Positions 9,900 through 19,336 of a stretch of DNA of 64,000 bases are shown in pieces. Source of the DNA: an uncultured bacterium (GTDB taxonomy: Bacteria > Fidelibacterota > Marinisomatia > Marinisomatales > TCS55); assembly GCA_964539305.1 (NCBI GenBank), contig CAZIIM010000003.1, positions 17,700 to 81,699 on the forward strand. The letters are read 5' to 3'. Each line of letters starts with the position of its first letter. Within the stretch, counting starts at the first letter, position 1. The translations under genes were made by a program, and so were the position numbers. The notes beneath the pieces were generated by a model, which did no database searches, was not told where the DNA came from, and saw only the letters and a list, made by a program, of their open reading frames with translations.

Positions 9900-10961
9900 A
9901 TGAATAACGGTACACCCACCTCTTCTACCCCCCTGGAAACCATGATCGGACAGATGATTATGATCGGTTTTCAGGGCAGCACACCGACCCAGATCGGTCC
10001 CACGTTGGAACTCATCCGACAAGGCCTTATCGGGGGTGTCATCCTCTACGATGAAAATATGACGACCTATCCCCCCCAGCGCCACAATATCCGCTCCCCC
10101 CGTCAAATAGCTGCGCTGACGGCTGCCCTGCAGGAAGCAGCCTCCATCCCTTTATTCATTGCAATTGATCAGGAGGGTGGGCAAGTTAATCGTCTAAAGC
10201 CGGAGTATGGTTTCCCTCTGATCCCTGCTTGGGGGGAAATCGGAACAGAGCCGGACATTGGAAAAACGGGGGCATTTGCGGAACAAATTGCAAAAGAGTT
10301 ACACCACCTGGGGATCAACCTGAATCTGGCGCCGGTGCTGGATCTGGCAACAGATTCTAAAAGTTTCATGGTGAAACGACAGCGGTGTTTTTCAGATGAT
10401 CCGGAGATTGTAAGCCAGCATGCCGGAATATTTATCGAAATACACCAGCAATACGGTATATTGACGGCAGGAAAACATTTTCCAGGTCAGGGAAGTGCGC
10501 TGGGTGATACCCATAACGGGTTGGTGGATGTGACAGAAAAATGGTCAGAACAGGAAATGATTCCCTACCAATTCCTGGTTAAAGAAAATCGCCTGCCCTG
10601 CATCATGACTTCCCATATTATGAATCGGAAACTGGATCCTGATTACCCTGCCACCCTCTCGAAAAAAATTATTTCCGGTGTGCTGAGAGAAACCATCGGT
10701 TTTGAAGGTGTGGTCATCAGCGATGACCCCCAAATGAAAGCCCTGGCAAACCACTATTCTCTGGAGGAAATCCTGGCGCGTATGCTTCAGGTGGGGGTGG
10801 ATTGTTTCTGCTTCGGGAACAATTTAACCTACAACCCCCAAATTGGCAGACGTGTCCACAGGTTGATCACAAAACTGGTATCGGACGGACTGATAAGTGA
10901 GCGTCGGATTCGGTCCTCCTACCGGCGGATCATGACCTTAAAACAGGTATTGAAACCATGA
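9900..10961 (+). CDS. nagZ: Beta-N-acetylhexosaminidase (GH3, NagZ-like)
   Basis: KHFPGQGSALGDTH motif and a size of 353 aa. It is divergent from the GH3 fusion gene across a 63-bp spacer. Confidence 0.75.
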   Translation: MNNGTPTSSTPLETMIGQMIMIGFQGSTPTQIGPTLELIRQGLIGGVILYDENMTTYPPQRHNIRSPRQIAALTAALQEAASIPLFIAIDQEGGQVNRLKPEYGFPLIPAWGEIGTEPDIGKTGAFAEQIAKELHHLGINLNLAPVLDLATDSKSFMVKRQRCFSDDPEIVSQHAGIFIEIHQQYGILTAGKHFPGQGSALGDTHNGLVDVTEKWSEQEMIPYQFLVKENRLPCIMTSHIMNRKLDPDYPATLSKKIISGVLRETIGFEGVVISDDPQMKALANHYSLEEILARMLQVGVDCFCFGNNLTYNPQIGRRVHRLITKLVSDGLISERRIRSSYRRIMTLKQVLKP

Positions 10962-12121
10962 AAAGCGACCCCCGGTTCATTGGGCTGGATGGTGGTGCCT
11001 CCAAAGTACGAGGAGTCGTAATAAAAAGTCTGGGATCTGACACATTCATTGCGGATTCGGAGGCAGTAACGCGGTCCTATTCGGAATCGAAATATTATCT
11101 TCCTGAATTCCAACCGGTGAATCTCACCCAACAACTAGAAGATTTTGAAACGGGCTCCATTAACCCAACCCCAGATGAAACTCGCCAGGAGACAGCAATT
11201 GTCCAGTCATTCACAGCCGTGATCCAGCGCCTGGCCGAACAGCACCCGGTCCAGATTGGGATTGGTTTACCCGGCCTTAAGACAAAATCAGGGACCGGTA
11301 TCGCTGTCATGGTCAACGGACCGCGAATGCCCCATTTTATCCAACGATTAACTTCTGAATTAAACCGATCCGGAATTCTGTTAGACGGTCCCCCGGCTCC
11401 AATTGGTAATGACAGCGATTTGTGTGGATTGGGCGAAGAGTTCACCCGTGAAGGGAATTTCAGGAGCGTGGCGAATGCCTACTATTTGGGTGGTGGTACC
11501 GGAGCCGCGGAAGCATTGAAAATATCAGGAGTATTAGTACCCTTCACGGCCGCAGGAGACTGGATGCCTAAATTGTGGGAGTTAGAAGATGAAAACCGTA
11601 TTCCGCTGGAGCATTATGCCTCCATGGAAGGAATTCAATCCCTGTATGCGAAGGAAAAAAGGCAGGATCTACCAAACCCAACCGCTATTGCATCCTTGGC
11701 AATGGAGGGAGATGGTTTCGCCCAAAATTTGCTGGAACGCATTGCCAGACAGCTTGCCAGGATTATATATGAACGAATTGTGACCCTCTACTCCGGTTGG
11801 CAGAATCTTTTTTACCCGCGTTCCTTCGCCAGACGGAAGCTAATACAGGAACATCCTTACAGAAATTCCATCTTGAACCGTATTGTGATTGGGCAGCGTC
11901 TGGCCACCCTGTTTCAACAGTCACAAGGAACTGGAATTTTACATTCACCCCTATTGAAGGAATTGAAAAAATTGATTTCCGGCTGCCCATTTCTTCCGGA
12001 AAAAGCAAAACAATTCTACGAAACGAATCTGGAAAAGGATTTTATACGCTTCTCTGAACTCCACATCGCCCCCGCCCTGGGAGCCGGAATTCACGCCTGG
12101 CAACATTGGAAAAAATCATGA
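10958..12121 (+). CDS. BadF/BadG/BcrA/BcrD-type ATPase; putative GlcNAc/MurNAc kinase
   Basis: ASKHA phosphate motifs IGLDGGASKVRG and YLGGGTGAAE. The start overlaps the nagZ stop by 4 nt (ATGA). Confidence 0.6.
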   Translation: MKSDPRFIGLDGGASKVRGVVIKSLGSDTFIADSEAVTRSYSESKYYLPEFQPVNLTQQLEDFETGSINPTPDETRQETAIVQSFTAVIQRLAEQHPVQIGIGLPGLKTKSGTGIAVMVNGPRMPHFIQRLTSELNRSGILLDGPPAPIGNDSDLCGLGEEFTREGNFRSVANAYYLGGGTGAAEALKISGVLVPFTAAGDWMPKLWELEDENRIPLEHYASMEGIQSLYAKEKRQDLPNPTAIASLAMEGDGFAQNLLERIARQLARIIYERIVTLYSGWQNLFYPRSFARRKLIQEHPYRNSILNRIVIGQRLATLFQQSQGTGILHSPLLKELKKLISGCPFLPEKAKQFYETNLEKDFIRFSELHIAPALGAGIHAWQHWKKS

Positions 12122-13440
12122 CAGGACTGGTAACAGGAAAAATTCCTGCCTCAGAACCAATAATACGCGTAGGAGTAATTTTACCAGAGGACTCCCGTCG
12201 GGAATTAAACCTGCAATTGGCGTTACCCCCTGCCTTTACTTTACAAACAGAGACTACCCGTGTGAAGGGGAATTCCCTGCCGGAAAAATTGCATCTTACT
12301 ATTGAGAACCATGCTTTAAAGGTTGAAGGAATTAGCCTGCCTGAAACACAGGCACTCCGGGTTATCCCGGATAATCAAGCCTTGAACAAATCGGCCATCC
12401 ATATCGACTCTATTCCCGCCGGGAGGGAATTCCACTGGCAAAAATCAATTTCAGTCGCTTACCGGGGAGCGATTCATGTCAAAATTGTGGAGGATCAACT
12501 GGTAGTAATCAATGCCCTGCCTCTGGAAACCTACCTCCAGTGTGTGGCCACGTCGGAAATGAATGCTGCCTGTCCCAAAACACTGCTGGAAGTACAGACC
12601 ATTGTAGCCCGGTCCTGGATTCTGGCCAATGTTGAACAGAAACACGCCCACCTGGGAATGGAAGTGTGTAATGACGACTGCTGCCAGCGTTACCAGGGGA
12701 TTAACAACCAAACACTGGAGGCAATCGAAGCCAGCCGTAAAACAGCCGGAAAGGTTCTAATCTACGACAATAAAATCGTGGACGCCCGTTACTCCAAATC
12801 GTGCGGCGGTATGACCGAATGTTTTGAAAATGTCTGGCCCGGCCCCCCTCAACCCTATTTTAAAAATATACCTGATATACCGGGAAGTGAATCGTTCCCT
12901 GTCCCCGATTTAACCCAAGAAGAGGCTTTTCGAAAATGGATCCGGTTTCCCCCAAAAGCATTCTGTGGTCCTGATACCGTGCCTGATACAATGCTTAGCA
13001 CCTACCTGGGCAGTGTGGATGAACACGCTACTTATTACCGCTGGAACTATCAATGTACCAGCGAGGCGCTGGCTGAATTACTTCGGGAAAAAGGCCATTT
13101 GGACGTTAAACATGTGGATAATCTCACTCCTTTGGAACGGGGTGGGTCTGGTCGAATCAAAGCCTTAAAAGTTGAATTCGTTACGTCCCGGGATAACCGG
13201 GAGAATGTGATTATTGAAAGCGAGTACGAAATCAGGCGGGTTCTGCACCCGAAATTCCTATTCAGCTCTGCTTTCCTGGTGGAGCATCTTCCTGATGCGT
13301 TCCTTTTTCGAGGTGCAGGATGGGGACATGGAGTAGGCCTGTGTCAGATCGGGGCACTGGGAATGGCTTTGAAAGAATATTCCACCGGTGATATTTTGCG
13401 CCACTATTATCCTGGAACAGAACTGAAAAACATTTATTAA
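12118..13440 (+). CDS. SpoIID/LytB-domain protein (lytic transglycosylase-like)
   Basis: ARYSKSCGGMTE and WGHGVGLCQIGA motifs typical of SpoIID. The ATG at 12118 forms an ATGA overlap with the upstream stop. The TTG at 12106 is the alternative start. Confidence 0.7.
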   Translation: MTGLVTGKIPASEPIIRVGVILPEDSRRELNLQLALPPAFTLQTETTRVKGNSLPEKLHLTIENHALKVEGISLPETQALRVIPDNQALNKSAIHIDSIPAGREFHWQKSISVAYRGAIHVKIVEDQLVVINALPLETYLQCVATSEMNAACPKTLLEVQTIVARSWILANVEQKHAHLGMEVCNDDCCQRYQGINNQTLEAIEASRKTAGKVLIYDNKIVDARYSKSCGGMTECFENVWPGPPQPYFKNIPDIPGSESFPVPDLTQEEAFRKWIRFPPKAFCGPDTVPDTMLSTYLGSVDEHATYYRWNYQCTSEALAELLREKGHLDVKHVDNLTPLERGGSGRIKALKVEFVTSRDNRENVIIESEYEIRRVLHPKFLFSSAFLVEHLPDAFLFRGAGWGHGVGLCQIGALGMALKEYSTGDILRHYYPGTELKNIY

Positions 13441-13457
13441 GAACGGAACCGGAACGG

Positions 13458-15302
13458 ATGGAACTACAAGTTATTGATTGGGCGATTATTCTAATTTATA
13501 TCCTGTTCTCTTTGGGTATTGGAATCTTTTTTACCAAACGGGCCGGTGCCAGTACGGAAGAATATTTTCTCTCAGGCCGTTCCCTGCCCTGGTGGATTGT
13601 GGGGACCTCCATGGTGGCCACGACTTTTGCCGCCGATACGCCGTTAGCCATTACGGAATTTGTCCGTCAGGACGGCATTTGGAAAAACTGGTTTTGGTGG
13701 AATATTCTCCTATCCGGTCTGCTGGCCACGTTTCTGTTCTCAAGACTCTGGCGGCGGGCCAAAGTGCTTACGGATAACGAATTGCTGGAACTGCGGTATA
13801 CAGGAAAACCGGCCGCTTTTCTGAGAATGTTTAAAGCGGGTTACTTTGCCCTCTTATACAATTTTATTGTGATGGGATGGGTCATCAATGCCATGGCCTC
13901 TGTGGCCGCAGTGATGTTAAATATTGACCGTTGGACTGCTGTCTGGGGGTGCGTATTGATTGCCCTGCTCTACGCCCTCCTGTCTGGTTTCTGGGGGGTG
14001 GTTATTACCGACTTTGTCCAGTTTGGAATCGCCATGGCCGGGTCGATCATACTGGCAATCGTGGCCGTAAATTCCGTGGGAGGCATGGACACTGTCCTAG
14101 CTAAAATTAATGCCATGAGTGCCGCCGGGACCATTTCCGATGGCACCCTGAAATTCATCCCACCCCTGCCCGATGCCAATATTGTAACGCGCTCATTCTG
14201 GGAATCACCTTTCTCTAAATTTATGATTTTTCTAACCGTTATGTGGTGGTCTCACCACAATACGGACGGGGGCGGGTACATCATCCAGCGCATGTCTGCC
14301 GCTAAGGATGAACGGCATGCCCTTCTGGCTACCCTCTGGTTCAACCTGAGTAACTATGCCTTTCGCGTCTGGCCCTGGGTCGTGGTGGCCCTGGTTTCGA
14401 TTGTTGCCTTTCCCGACGTCTCCGGTTGGGAACTGGGAGACAAGGTGGGCTATCCTCTGGTCATGCAAAAATTTCTGGGTCCCGGGTTAAGAGGGCTGCT
14501 GGTAGTGAGTTTTCTGGCGGCCTTCATGTCCACTATCGATACCCACCTGAATTGGGGGGCCTCCTACCTGATTAATGACGTTTACAAACGCTTTATCCGG
14601 AAGAATGATTCTTTCACCAACCCCGATCAGGCCCAGAAGCATTATGTTCTGGTGAGCCGGATTATTACAGTTTTTCTCATGCTCTTCGCAGCTCTGGTAG
14701 CCATAAAAATGCAGAGCATCTCCCGTGCCTGGGAATTTATTTTCGCCATGGGTGCCGGGATTGGACTGGTCCTCATTCTCCGCTGGTTCTGGTGGCGAAT
14801 TAATGCCTGGACCGAAATTTCAGCCCTGCTCACTTCACTCACATTGACCGTCATGTTGGAAGTGATTGCCGCCTATCAAACACTCCAGGCCGGTGAAACC
14901 TATACCCTTTTTGGAAAGGCACCTGTATTATTTGGCCTCCCGCTCCAGATTCACCACAAGCTCCTGATTATTGTACCCATTTCTGTCCTCACTTGGCTGA
15001 TTGTCACCAAATTGACGCGGCCGGAACCGAAAGAAGTCCTGATGGCATTTTATGAGCGGGTTCAGCCGGGAGGCTGGTGGGAACCTGTCATTGGAGATTT
15101 CACTGCCACCAAGAAACCAGTTTCCAAGGGATTTGTTCAGAACTGGCTGGCAGGTATTTTAATGATTTACGGCGCCACATTTTCCATTGGACAGTTCGTT
15201 TTCGGCCATACCGGATATGGAATTACCCTGGCACTGGTGGCGGCAGCCGGCTTTTTCTGGGTCTGGAAATTCACCTTGAATCCAGAGAAAAAAGCAGCCT
15301 GA
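13458..15302 (+). CDS. Sodium:solute symporter family transporter
   Basis: 614 aa and multi-TM, with the N-terminal EEYFLSGRSLPWW motif typical of the SSS family. Confidence 0.8.
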   Translation: MELQVIDWAIILIYILFSLGIGIFFTKRAGASTEEYFLSGRSLPWWIVGTSMVATTFAADTPLAITEFVRQDGIWKNWFWWNILLSGLLATFLFSRLWRRAKVLTDNELLELRYTGKPAAFLRMFKAGYFALLYNFIVMGWVINAMASVAAVMLNIDRWTAVWGCVLIALLYALLSGFWGVVITDFVQFGIAMAGSIILAIVAVNSVGGMDTVLAKINAMSAAGTISDGTLKFIPPLPDANIVTRSFWESPFSKFMIFLTVMWWSHHNTDGGGYIIQRMSAAKDERHALLATLWFNLSNYAFRVWPWVVVALVSIVAFPDVSGWELGDKVGYPLVMQKFLGPGLRGLLVVSFLAAFMSTIDTHLNWGASYLINDVYKRFIRKNDSFTNPDQAQKHYVLVSRIITVFLMLFAALVAIKMQSISRAWEFIFAMGAGIGLVLILRWFWWRINAWTEISALLTSLTLTVMLEVIAAYQTLQAGETYTLFGKAPVLFGLPLQIHHKLLIIVPISVLTWLIVTKLTRPEPKEVLMAFYERVQPGGWWEPVIGDFTATKKPVSKGFVQNWLAGILMIYGATFSIGQFVFGHTGYGITLALVAAAGFFWVWKFTLNPEKKAA

Positions 15303-16426
15303 TGGTCGAAATGAAAGACCGACTTGTCTCCCTGGATGCTTTCAGGGGACTGACCATTGCTTTCATGATTCTGGTCAACACGCCCGGCAGCTGGGCCCAT
15401 GTCTACCCGCCTCTAAGGCATGCCCACTGGCACGGCTGCACCCTTACCGACCTGGTCTTTCCCTTTTTCCTGTTCATTGTGGGCGTCGCCATGCGCTTTT
15501 CACTCCCAAAGTACACAGCCCAATCCAAGGCAGCGGCGGTAAAGAAAATTCTGGGTCGCACGCTGACTATTTTTCTGATTGGACTCCTGCTGAACCTCTA
15601 TCCATTTATCCGGCAGGACTGGGACTGGTCTCATCTCCGGATTATGGGCGTTCTGCAACGCATTGCCCTGGCTTATGGCTTGGCGGCACTAACTGTTTTG
15701 CGCTTTAAACCAAAGCAGTTGGTCACTCTTATCTTCGGTCTGCTTCTGGGGTACTGGCTATTGTTACTGGTATATGGATGGATGACGGGGGTGGACCCCT
15801 ATGGTCTTGAAACCAACCCCTGCCGCTGGCTGGACCTTCGAATATTTGGCCCGGATCACCTCTGGCATGGAACCGGTATTTCCTTTGATCCGGAGGGACT
15901 TCTCAGTACCATTCCCTCCATCGCCACAGTCCTTTTTGGCTTTCTGGTGGGCAATCTGCTTTATCATGCCAATGATCGGGTAGCAAAAGCCCGGCAGATG
16001 GCACTTTTAGGTGCTGTTGCAACCATTATCGGATGGCTCTGGGGTCTCCTATTTCCAATCAACAAACAATTGTGGACCAGTTCCTACGTGCTCTTTACGG
16101 GTGGAATAGCCACCATGTTACTGGCCTGTTTTTATTGGCTGATCGATATTAAAGGTTGGAAAAAATGGGCGTTTCCTCTGGTGATCTTCGGGACCAATTC
16201 CCTGTTTATTTTTGCCGGTTCAGGTGTGTGGGTTAAAACGATCCTGAGAATACGCTTCACCCTGGACGGACATACGGTTTCAGGATACGCCTATCTATAT
16301 AAAACCGTATTTCAACCCCTGGCCGGGGATTTAAACGGTTCGCTCCTGTTTGCCCTTTTCCATGTTTTCATGTGGTGGTTGATTCTGGCCTGGATGTATC
16401 GGAAAAAAATCTTCGTCAAAATTTGA
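15302..16426 (+). CDS. HGSNAT-like (DUF1624/DUF5009) transmembrane acetyltransferase-family protein
   Basis: MVEMKDRLVSLDAFRGLTIAFMILVNTPGSW...HAHWHGCTLTDLVFPFFLFIVG matches the heparan-alpha-glucosaminide N-acetyltransferase-like family signature. The ATG at 15302 overlaps the upstream TGA. The listed 15077 start is only an in-frame extension inside the upstream gene. Confidence 0.65.
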   Translation: MVEMKDRLVSLDAFRGLTIAFMILVNTPGSWAHVYPPLRHAHWHGCTLTDLVFPFFLFIVGVAMRFSLPKYTAQSKAAAVKKILGRTLTIFLIGLLLNLYPFIRQDWDWSHLRIMGVLQRIALAYGLAALTVLRFKPKQLVTLIFGLLLGYWLLLLVYGWMTGVDPYGLETNPCRWLDLRIFGPDHLWHGTGISFDPEGLLSTIPSIATVLFGFLVGNLLYHANDRVAKARQMALLGAVATIIGWLWGLLFPINKQLWTSSYVLFTGGIATMLLACFYWLIDIKGWKKWAFPLVIFGTNSLFIFAGSGVWVKTILRIRFTLDGHTVSGYAYLYKTVFQPLAGDLNGSLLFALFHVFMWWLILAWMYRKKIFVKI

Positions 16427-16490
16427 CCACCCGTACCCGTTTTCAACAAATCGCCATTGTAACACCTCAGCCAGCAACTCTGCCAAAGGA

Positions 16491-17246
16491 ATGAAACGAT
16501 CACCCACCAGAATTTTCATCACCGGTGCTTCCACCGGAATTGGTAAAGCACTGGCCCTTTCCTATGCCGGAGAGGGGGTATCCCTGGGGCTTCTGGCCCG
16601 GAGAAAGGAATTACTAAGTTCAGTAGCCAGTCAATGCGAACAACAGGGAGCAGAAACCAAGTGTTATCCTCTGGATGTTCAAGATCAACAAGCGGTCGCT
16701 GAAACGGCAAAGGACTTCGTTAATCAATTTCAGGGAATCGATCTGGTGATTGCCAATGCGGGAATCGGGGGCCATGATGATATAATCCACGGGGATGCTA
16801 CGACCATTAACCGTATCATCGACATTAATCTGAAAGGAGTCATCAATACACTGGTTCCATTCATTCCAACCATGAAAAAACAATCGGGGGGAACTTTGGT
16901 GCTGATCAGTTCAGTAATGGCCTTTCTGACCATGCCCTACCACGGAGGATATTCAGCTGCTAAAACAGCACTGGTGCGGCTGGCGGACAGCTGGCGCCCC
17001 ACCTTGAAGCGATACCATATTCAGGTGACCACAATCTGTCCCGGTTTTGTCGATACTCCCATGATCGAAAAACAAAGCAACAAGGTTTTTCTCGTCCCAG
17101 TAAATGAAGCGGCGATAAAAATCAAACGAGCGATTCAGAGAAAAAGAAAAACGTTTATATTCCCCTGGCAGGTCAAATTCCTACTGCCCCTTCTCCGGAG
17201 GATTCCCCTAAGCCTTTTCGAGAGTAGGACAAATAAAAAGAAATAA
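16491..17246 (+). CDS. Short-chain dehydrogenase/reductase (SDR)
   Basis: TGASTGIGKALA cofactor motif and the YSAAK catalytic motif. Confidence 0.8.
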   Translation: MKRSPTRIFITGASTGIGKALALSYAGEGVSLGLLARRKELLSSVASQCEQQGAETKCYPLDVQDQQAVAETAKDFVNQFQGIDLVIANAGIGGHDDIIHGDATTINRIIDINLKGVINTLVPFIPTMKKQSGGTLVLISSVMAFLTMPYHGGYSAAKTALVRLADSWRPTLKRYHIQVTTICPGFVDTPMIEKQSNKVFLVPVNEAAIKIKRAIQRKRKTFIFPWQVKFLLPLLRRIPLSLFESRTNKKK

Positions 17247-17283
17247 ACGTCAGGGCTGCAAGGTCCCTTCACGATGCTAAAAC

Positions 17284-18264
17284 CTAGCGACGTTTAAACA
17301 CCAGAACGGATTCCGTCCAGAGATCCTCAAGCGTATTCGGTTCCAGACCCAGCGTCTGTTCCTGTTCCCGGTAACAGTCTGGAAAATCACCACAAATTCG
17401 GAATTGTTGCGTCAGCGAGAGTTCATTATCTATGAGAGTGTAATGATACCCATTGTCAAAACAATCCAGTTCAAAACATTCTGTAATGATAAGTGTTGTA
17501 TCGGTTGCCACCCACTCAATATCCCTGGTATAAGAACCTCCATAGGGGTTACGATTGGTCATTTTGCCGGTTCCATCCCGGTTCAAAACCAACGTTATTA
17601 AAAGTGGCTCTTGCCCGTCCCTGATAATGACCCCCGGTTGTTCGTCCAGAAGATAGGGTACACCGGCAGTAATTGCTTCTCCCTGTTTAGACAATGTCCC
17701 CGCAAGAACTACCATTCGGGAAGAATCAATAATGACATCAGAATCAATGGCTACCTCCCGATAAAGGGTGTCTTGATTAATTGTCACCGTCCGATTGTTA
17801 TTTGTCAAGATGTAATTAAACGTTCCTCCTGCATAGGGATAGATTTCATTCCGCACCCGCTTGGAGAGAGAGGAACGGTCAAACTGACTCAGGACCGGGC
17901 GGTAGTCCTGTATGTTGTAATTGTACTCCAGTTCCGGGCTCCGGTAGTCCACGTGGATGTTGGTAAAATCTTCATTTTGGAAGACAGAAAAATATTCCAT
18001 TGTAACCGAATCCAGAAAGGCGCCGTTATCAAACTCTGATAACCTTAAATCACCCTGGGCCGGAAGCCAGGGGAAATAAGCTAACTGGGACTGATTTACC
18101 AGCAGATAGGTGCCTCCGGAAGATTCTGTCAACTCCCAGGTCCCAACCAGTGGATCCGTTTTCTTCTTTTTATCCTCGCAACCGTAAAAAATAAGGAAAA
18201 GCAGAAGACTAAGGACCAATATGAAGCGTTGCGACAGATTTGGAATCGGGTTGTACCTTATCAT
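17284..18264 (-). CDS. Hypothetical lipoprotein
   Basis: Lipobox LFLIFYGC followed by a GTWEL lipocalin-like start. I recognise no family. Confidence 0.5.
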   Translation of the reverse strand: MIRYNPIPNLSQRFILVLSLLLFLIFYGCEDKKKKTDPLVGTWELTESSGGTYLLVNQSQLAYFPWLPAQGDLRLSEFDNGAFLDSVTMEYFSVFQNEDFTNIHVDYRSPELEYNYNIQDYRPVLSQFDRSSLSKRVRNEIYPYAGGTFNYILTNNNRTVTINQDTLYREVAIDSDVIIDSSRMVVLAGTLSKQGEAITAGVPYLLDEQPGVIIRDGQEPLLITLVLNRDGTGKMTNRNPYGGSYTRDIEWVATDTTLIITECFELDCFDNGYHYTLIDNELSLTQQFRICGDFPDCYREQEQTLGLEPNTLEDLWTESVLVFKRR

Positions 18265-18322
18265 GTGACTGATCAGAATTAAAGTCTAAATGGGAAAAAA
18301 TACAATGGTTACCACCGGCTTG

Positions 18323-19336
18323 TTAATCCATGAGACGATCCAGAGCCCGCCAAACCTCCTCTGTGGATATGGAATTCAGGCATAACAGTGGTTCCCGCCT
18401 GTTCCGGCATACGTTTTTTCGGCAGGGGTGACAATAAACCTGCTTGTTTATAACGGCTGTTTTGGCACCCTGGGGACCCGTTCGTTGCGGATCGCCGGCC
18501 CCGAAAAGAGAAACAGTAGGAACATCTAAATTTGCAGCAATATGTCCCAAGCCACTATCGGTGGCAATGGCTCCCCGGCAACAGCTGATGAGGGCAATCA
18601 CCTCTCTTAACGTATAATCACCACAAACCGATTTCACTTTTCCATTCCCATTGATCGCTTCAAGACGCTTCCCGGAGTCACGATCACTGGTGTTGCCAAA
18701 AATTAAAACGGGATCGGTTGCCGCCTCTAACAGCTCCCGAATCCTGGGGAAAGGAATATTGCGGGCCGACGCCACGCTAAACGGAAACAGTCCGATGGCG
18801 CGACTGAAACCTAAATGTTCCAGTTCCTCCCCAGCCCAGGCCAACTCTTCAGCTCTTAAATGGATACCCGAACGGTTCACCAATGGGGATTCGTCAAATT
18901 GATCCGGCTCTGGAAATCGTAAGAGCTCCAGATAGCGTTGAGAACGATGGAGATTCCCGGGCGGTACAGGCACCGCATGCGACAAGAACAGCGATCGTCC
19001 CTGGGCAGGGAATCCAATCCTGTGAGGGGTTTTGGATAACCAGGCGATATAGGCACTCCGGAACGAGCTGGAAAGGAGATAGATACGATCCAGTTCCAGA
19101 CTCTGCAAATCTTTTCCATATTGGGTAGTGAGTCGAAAGCCCTGTTGAAACTGTTTGTCCATTGTCAGGATTGAATTAATGGCAGGATGGGTTTCGTAAA
19201 CAGCGCCAACCCAGGTTTTGCTTAAGACAATAATTTTTGCTTCAGGATACAGGTGACGGCAGGTGTTTATAAACGGAAGCGCCATGACAGCATCTCCCAC
19301 CCAGTTGGGAGCAATGATTCCGATCCGCAGGCTCAT
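18323..19336 (-). CDS. Glycosyltransferase family 9 (LPS heptosyltransferase-like)
   Basis: N-terminal IIAPNWVGDAVMALPF and C-terminal TDSGLGHIAA motifs typical of WaaC/WaaF-type GT9 enzymes. Confidence 0.75.
   Translation of the reverse strand: MSLRIGIIAPNWVGDAVMALPFINTCRHLYPEAKIIVLSKTWVGAVYETHPAINSILTMDKQFQQGFRLTTQYGKDLQSLELDRIYLLSSSFRSAYIAWLSKTPHRIGFPAQGRSLFLSHAVPVPPGNLHRSQRYLELLRFPEPDQFDESPLVNRSGIHLRAEELAWAGEELEHLGFSRAIGLFPFSVASARNIPFPRIRELLEAATDPVLIFGNTSDRDSGKRLEAINGNGKVKSVCGDYTLREVIALISCCRGAIATDSGLGHIAANLDVPTVSLFGAGDPQRTGPQGAKTAVINKQVYCHPCRKNVCRNRREPLLCLNSISTEEVWRALDRLMD

Noticed and set aside
15077-15301. Upstream in-frame extensions of several ORF-track entries (15077, 35619, 45450, 57197, 56062, 40663, 61228)
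   Set aside because: Each extension lies inside the preceding gene or lacks an RBS. In every case a downstream start gives a family-typical N-terminus or signal peptide and a stop/start overlap with the upstream gene.
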